Of a stretch of 64,000 bases of DNA, positions 58,901 through 64,000 are shown in pieces. Origin of the DNA: Oculina patagonica (taxonomy: Eukaryota); NCBI RefSeq assembly GCF_052425735.1, contig NC_135765.1, positions 31,558,001 through 31,622,000 of the forward strand, read 5' to 3'. Each line of letters begins with the position of its first letter. The stretch's first letter is position 1. Below the pieces are notes generated by a model. That model saw nothing but the letters and a program-made list of their open reading frames with translations. It had not been told where the DNA came from and ran no database searches. The position numbers and the translations under genes are program-made.

Positions 58901-59186
58901 TCAGCACGGAGGCGATACAGAAGAGCGAGTTTGTTAGACCACTTATCGTGCACAAAGTTTCTCCAAATATCCACTGATCGCGGAATGCTGAAGTAGCTAT
59001 CAGAGGCATTCCAATTACCGACTGAAGAAGATCTGCGACCGCGAGATTCGCAAGGAACATCCCTGTCACATCACGTAACGGTTCGTAACGAATTATCGCG
59101 AACAACGTCAGCACGTTTCCGACCACGCCGATGATTACTATTCCGATCATGACGATACCCGTAACAAACCCGATATCGACCGGCAT
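55995..59186 (-). CDS. Class A orphan GPCR copy 3, 3 exons, about 553 aa
   Basis: Exons 59186-58747, 58108-57170, 56277-55995; close paralogue of copy 2. Confidence 0.9.
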
Positions 59187-59779
59187 CTTGGGCAATACGG
59201 GTATTTACCGCACGGTTAACAATGCAGTACGGTCATTTATCGCACGGTAAGGCATGCAATACAGTGTCTTGACGCAACTGATCATCCGCTAAAAGGAATG
59301 GCAGTATTACCAATGCTGCTGTTAAGGTGTTTCTTCTATTCTAGAAATGTAATATGTAAAATAAAATGTAATAATGCTTTCGTAAGCATCAGATGATCAG
59401 GGGTTTTCTGGAAAGAAAAGTCTGCAGCTAGAAAAGGCACACATACCTCAAAGACACATACCTCAGAGACTGTTGCTCAGCTTTGAGATCAGTCCAACTT
59501 TGCTGTCAAAAATGACTACTGCTCTTTTTACAGGATATTTTTTTCCAGCGAATAAAACGCCATACATTGAAGAGAAACTTGTTAAAAGAGCTGAGGTTCC
59601 GTTTTTTTTGTTCAGGTGTTTTGTGGAGAATAAGCCGCTTTCGTCATGGAAGCCTACAAAGTCAAACTTAGTCAGCTGAGATAGTTTTTTGTATTTGTTG
59701 TGAAACGAAGCACGGTTTGAAATTTTTAAATAGTAATTCGGATATAAACGAAAGCTAAGCATCTTTTCAGTTGATATAT

Positions 59780-60835
59780 ATGAGGACTTTACAGAAAATT
59801 ATTTTTCTCAGGAAGTAATTATTGCAGGCATTATACTCGAATTCAATGTAAAAAATTTTAATAATATACTCATTATTATCTTCAAAAAAACAAACCATTA
59901 AAGCGTAGGAATAATTGGAAATGATCATGAGAAAATTGTGTTTGTTCATCGTGGACTTTTTTCCATCGATGGGCCTCGTTGAAAAATGCAGTTCTCGCAC
60001 GACGGGAAAAATCTTCCCTAAATTTAATAGTAATATCAGGACTTAACAGAATTTTTTTTTTTTCAGGAAGCAATTATTGCAGGCATTATACTCGAATTCT
60101 ATGTAAAAAAATTTTTGAAATGTACTCATTATTGTCTTAAAAAACAAACCATTAAAGCCTAGAAATAATCGGAAATTACCATGAGAAAATTGTGTTTGTT
60201 CATCGTGGACTTTTTTCCCTTGATGGGCCTCGTTGAAATATGCACAAAGGGAATAAAATGAAACGGGAAAAATCTTAATTTAAAAGTACTATTTTCAAAA
60301 TATGATTCACATTTTTTTTTTCGAGAAGTAATCTTAAAATTTTTTATCAAGTTTGTTTGGTTGATGTCATAGCAGTAGGCCTTTTTCATTCCTTTTGTGA
60401 AAGGAACTTAAAAAGCAACAAGCACTTGCAAATATTCTGCAAATTTTGTTTCCTGTTTGAAACGAAAAACGTGCTTTCGGAGTGACGTTCGTAAAAAGAA
60501 AGACACCTATTCACCTATTCAAAGTTTCTTTCGAGAAGTAAACTTAATATTTTTATCAAGTTTGTTTGGTTGATGTCATAGCAACAGGCCTTTCGATTCC
60601 TTTTGTGAAAAGAACTTTAAAAGCAACAAGCACTTGCAAAAATTGCGCAAATTTTGTTTCCTGTTTGAAACGAAAAACGTGCTTCGTGACGTTCATTTGG
60701 TTGATGTCATAGCAACGATCCTTTTTTATTATTTTCGTGAAATGAACTTAAAAAGTAACGAGCAATTCCAAATTTTGTTTCCTGTGTGAAAAGGAAAACG
60801 TGCTTTCGAAGTGAGGTTCGTAAAAAAGACACCTT
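59780..60835. repeat. Local tandem duplications in the GPCR3 upstream region
   Basis: A segment of about 240 bp is present twice, and a TTGGTTGATGTCATAGCA-containing unit three times; single copy upstream of GPCR2. Confidence 0.75.
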
Positions 60836-61577
60836 TAATTATGAACACTTGTCTCCAATGACAACAGGCGCATTCTGATTGGCTCTCTGATAGTAGGAAG
60901 TTCGCAATACGGTCTGCAAAAATAAACCTCTGACGAAGTTGTCTCGCCAAATTGTGTTTTTAAAAAAAAAAAACAATTTGTTAAGTAGACGACTTTTTTC
61001 TTCACGTGTGGCGAACAATTTTTGGTCAAATTTCATATTTCCATGATGTCACAAAAGTGCATGCGTTTGCCGAGAACGGATGCATTTATTTATCAGTTAA
61101 ATAGGTTTTGTGAAAAGCTTTATTGAACTATAATGTTCAGTTCGTATTGGCGAATACTGTAGGGTTCCGACCATGCTAGTTTAGTATCATCTGCGTACAA
61201 CAGCTTTCTGATGTATTTTTTTAATTTCAAACAGAAAAAACTACTTACCACGCTAACAAAAAGAAAAAAAATACTTATAATGGAAGAACTACAAGAAAAG
61301 AAATTTACATCAAGAAAGTTGCACTAATTACACTGATGCTTTACTTACTTACATTGCCATATTATATATCTTGTATCACTTGTACTCAGCAAGAAGTATT
61401 AAAATTTTAACCTGAAAACGTAAAGAAAATTTCTGAAAATAGGGGACAAAAACCACGAGAATATGGACACCGCCATAATGTCATTTATGTAGAGGCCGAC
61501 GTGTATAGTAAACATTTTAGTGTTATCATCTTATAGTAATTTCCATGTGGCTGTTCAGAAGGTTGGAATTCGGCATA

Positions 61578-61901
61578 CAGTTGACTCCCGATAACTCGAA
61601 CCTTCAAGGGAAATCGAAAAAGGTTCGAGTTATCGGGAGTTCGAGTTATCGAGGGTAAAATTAGTAAGAAAATGACCTGAAGGGGAATCGAAAAAGGTTC
61701 GAGTTAGCGGGAGTTCGAGTTATCGAGAGCAAAATTAGTAAGAAAATGACCTGAAGGGGAATCGAAAAAGGTTCGAGTTAGCGGGAGTTCGAGTTATCGA
61801 GAGCAAAATTAGTAAGAAAATGACCTGAAGGGGAATCGAAAAAGGTTCGAGTTAGCGGGAGGTTCTAGTTATTGAGGGTTCGCGTTGTCGGGATTCAACT
61901 G
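61578..61901. mobile_element. Tc1/mariner (pogo-like) MITE with internal 74-bp tandem repeat (about 3.5 units)
   Basis: TA|CAGTTGACTCCCGA...TCGGGATTCAACTG|TA; units at 61680, 61754 and 61828; shorter sister at about 63552-63682. Confidence 0.85.
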
Positions 61902-62944
61902 TATAGCCGTTCTTCGATAATCAAATTAAATATAGTTGAATCCCGATAACTCAAACCCTCAATAACTCGAAACTTATTGGGAATCAACTGTATCTTAATT
62001 TCCGTGGTTTTATTCACATCATACAAGGAGGAGGGTCTGGCTGGGGGTTTAGAGTTAAGTATTATTTGCCCATAATTTTCAGTGTTCGCTGTTACATTGG
62101 CCAATTTTTAATATTTACTGCTTTCGGCGAAAATGCTGTTTCTCGTGAAACATTTTAACATTGTAAATTCTTATCTGCTCTCCAAAATCGGATAAAATCA
62201 CTCATGAACTTAGAGAAAATTTTCGATTTATCTACGGAAATTTTTTGTAGTCTTTGGACACCTTCGGTAGTCTTTGGAAATCTTCGGCAGTCTTCGGGAA
62301 TATTCGGTAGTCTTCAGAAATCTTCTGAACTGATCGAAAATCGTCGGAAAATGGCTGGAAACTTCTTTATATTCTATACAAAATAATATTGGCCTTTTTG
62401 GAGTCGTTTTTGTTTCTTTTTGGAGAAAATTTACTGTTACAGTGAATTTTTTACTGTTAGTGTTAAAATGCCTAAAATTTTACTGTTTCATGCTACAGAG
62501 CCAAAAAATTAAGTGTTCAGTGTTATCGAGGTATCCCCATTCAGACCCTCAAGGAGTGTGTAAGACATGCGTTCGTCCTCATTCCTCGTGACCTTCGAGG
62601 AGAACACATCAGAGAATTTTCCCGCCTCCATCTCTTCATCGCTGTCTCTGGCCGTTACTTTTGCTTACGGCTGGGCCTGTTTTCACGCCCACCTGTGCTA
62701 ACGATCCGTCGTAATTAAATTGTCACTGAAGTTATTTTAGTCAATAAATCACCACCCTCGTGGCCAAATTATTCCATCTTGGATATCACACTTTTGGCCT
62801 GGGTTAACAATTAAAAGTACTCGAAGGCATCTACATAAAGTTCAGTTTTTTCAAACTACAACTTCTTAAAATATAACTACTAAATGAAAGCTTGGAGGTT
62901 TTTTTCTGATGTAAGTTTAGTTAATTCACATTGGTTTCCATATT

Positions 62945-63212
62945 TTAATAATTTCCTGTGTGATCGGAACGAAAACATGGCAGCACTCTCTTAAACGCCT
63001 TTCTGAACTTCCGGTAGGTCAGAGTGTAAATAAATGGGTTGCAACCGCTGTTCAGCATGGCCAGTGTCGTGGTGATGATGAAAAGACTGTCGGGGAATGG
63101 GCACGAGCCGTCTGTGAACGTCACACACAGCATTCCAACGAAATGAGGCAGCCAGCAGATAATGAAGGTTCCATTCACAACAAGAAGGATAACGGCAACT
63201 TTCATCTCTTTC
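62945..63212 (-). CDS. Class A orphan GPCR copy 4, last exon only (TM6-TM7-H8); upstream exons lie outside the window
   Basis: KEMKVAVILLVVNGTFIICWLPHF...NPFIY...FRKAF with the same AG acceptor as the paralogues. Confidence 0.85.
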
Positions 63213-63744
63213 CTAAAAAAGTACAAAACAAAAGTTAGGTGTTTAGCCTATCGTTACAGCGCTTTGATATTGTTTCGAGGTATTTGAGCGCAGTTATTCA
63301 AAATTAAATATTTCGTAATCGTAGCCATTCGCTCAGGTCCTTTTATGTTGTAAACTATTTATCGCTATCAAAGACCTTTTACCAAAAGGGGGTAGTTTTT
63401 GCTTAAGTTTGTTGAAAGATATCTACTGTCAATTGTAGGAAACCACATGATGTTGCAAAAAAACTCCATTCTTGATTTACCTAAAAACGCTCCTGAAGAT
63501 TGCAGATTTTTGTGAAATTTCGTCTACAAGTAATCAATCTGCCATACTTTTACAGTTGACTCCCGGGAGTTCGAGTTATCGAGAGCAAAATTAGTAAGAA
63601 AATGACCTGAAGGGGAATCGAAAAAGGTTCGAGTTAACGGGAGGTTCTAGTTATTGAGGGTTCGAGTTATCGGGATTCAACTACACTGTACATATCAAAA
63701 AATGAATACCAAGAGTCATTCTGGATTTCGAAAAAATCTAGTCT

Positions 63745-64000
63745 AGTCCCTGGACTCTCCCTTCCGCGCGCCCTTTATAGGGGCTGAACCTGCCTCGTCC
63801 CCAGGCGTCCTCCTCCTTGGTAGTGCACGGTTCGCTTGGTGTTGTGGGACTGACGTACACAATTTGCTTGGCGTTGTGGGCCATCAACCCCCGCGCTTCC
63901 TGTTTTCCCGCCTTACCGCCTTTGCCGTCCGGCCGACCGGCGCCTGGGGACGAGGCAGGGGCTAAACCCAGGCGCGCGGAAGGTAGAGTACAGGGACTGG
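63745..64000. mobile_element. Nested GC-rich MITEs; inner element 63790-63958 has a 9-bp TSD (MULE-like)
   Basis: Outer arms AGTCCCTG.ACTCT.CCTTCCGCGCGCC; inner arms CTGCCTCGTCCCCAGGCG flanked by GGGCT(G/A)AAC. Confidence 0.7.

Noticed and set aside
37618-59186. GPCRs as opsins or classical aminergic receptors
   Set aside because: Met at 7.43 (no retinal lysine) and Asn at 3.32 (no amine-binding Asp).

Overview
AT-rich, intron-rich animal genomic DNA, most likely a stony coral or related anthozoan (inferred from the SINE/MITE families and gene content). There are no prokaryotic features, and most ORF-track entries are intronic, antisense or repeat-derived. Gene models spliced by hand: the 5' end of EFHC2 (-), head-to-head with a 5-exon small CAP-Gly protein (+); a 13-exon TAF6 (-); a frameshifted MGAT4/GT54-like gene (-); a 14-exon SAM-domain/angiomotin-family gene (+); a 5-exon CXorf65/C22orf15-like gene (-); and a tandem array of at least four 3-exon class A orphan GPCRs with very long ICL3 (-, fourth copy partial). 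Introns and intergenic DNA hold many, often nested, non-autonomous DNA transposons, tRNA-SINEs and Penelope-type hammerhead motifs. Best leads: (1) an angiomotin with an N-terminal SAM, no PPxY, and YAP-like LATS/phosphodegron motifs; (2) a CAP-Gly protein with a RITA1/CFAP45-like 'DETLF' motif sharing an X-box promoter with EFHC2; (3) recurrent RFX X-boxes near the MGAT4-like gene and the GPCR array, suggesting a ciliary regulon. Homology statements rest on recalled protein sequences, not database searches.
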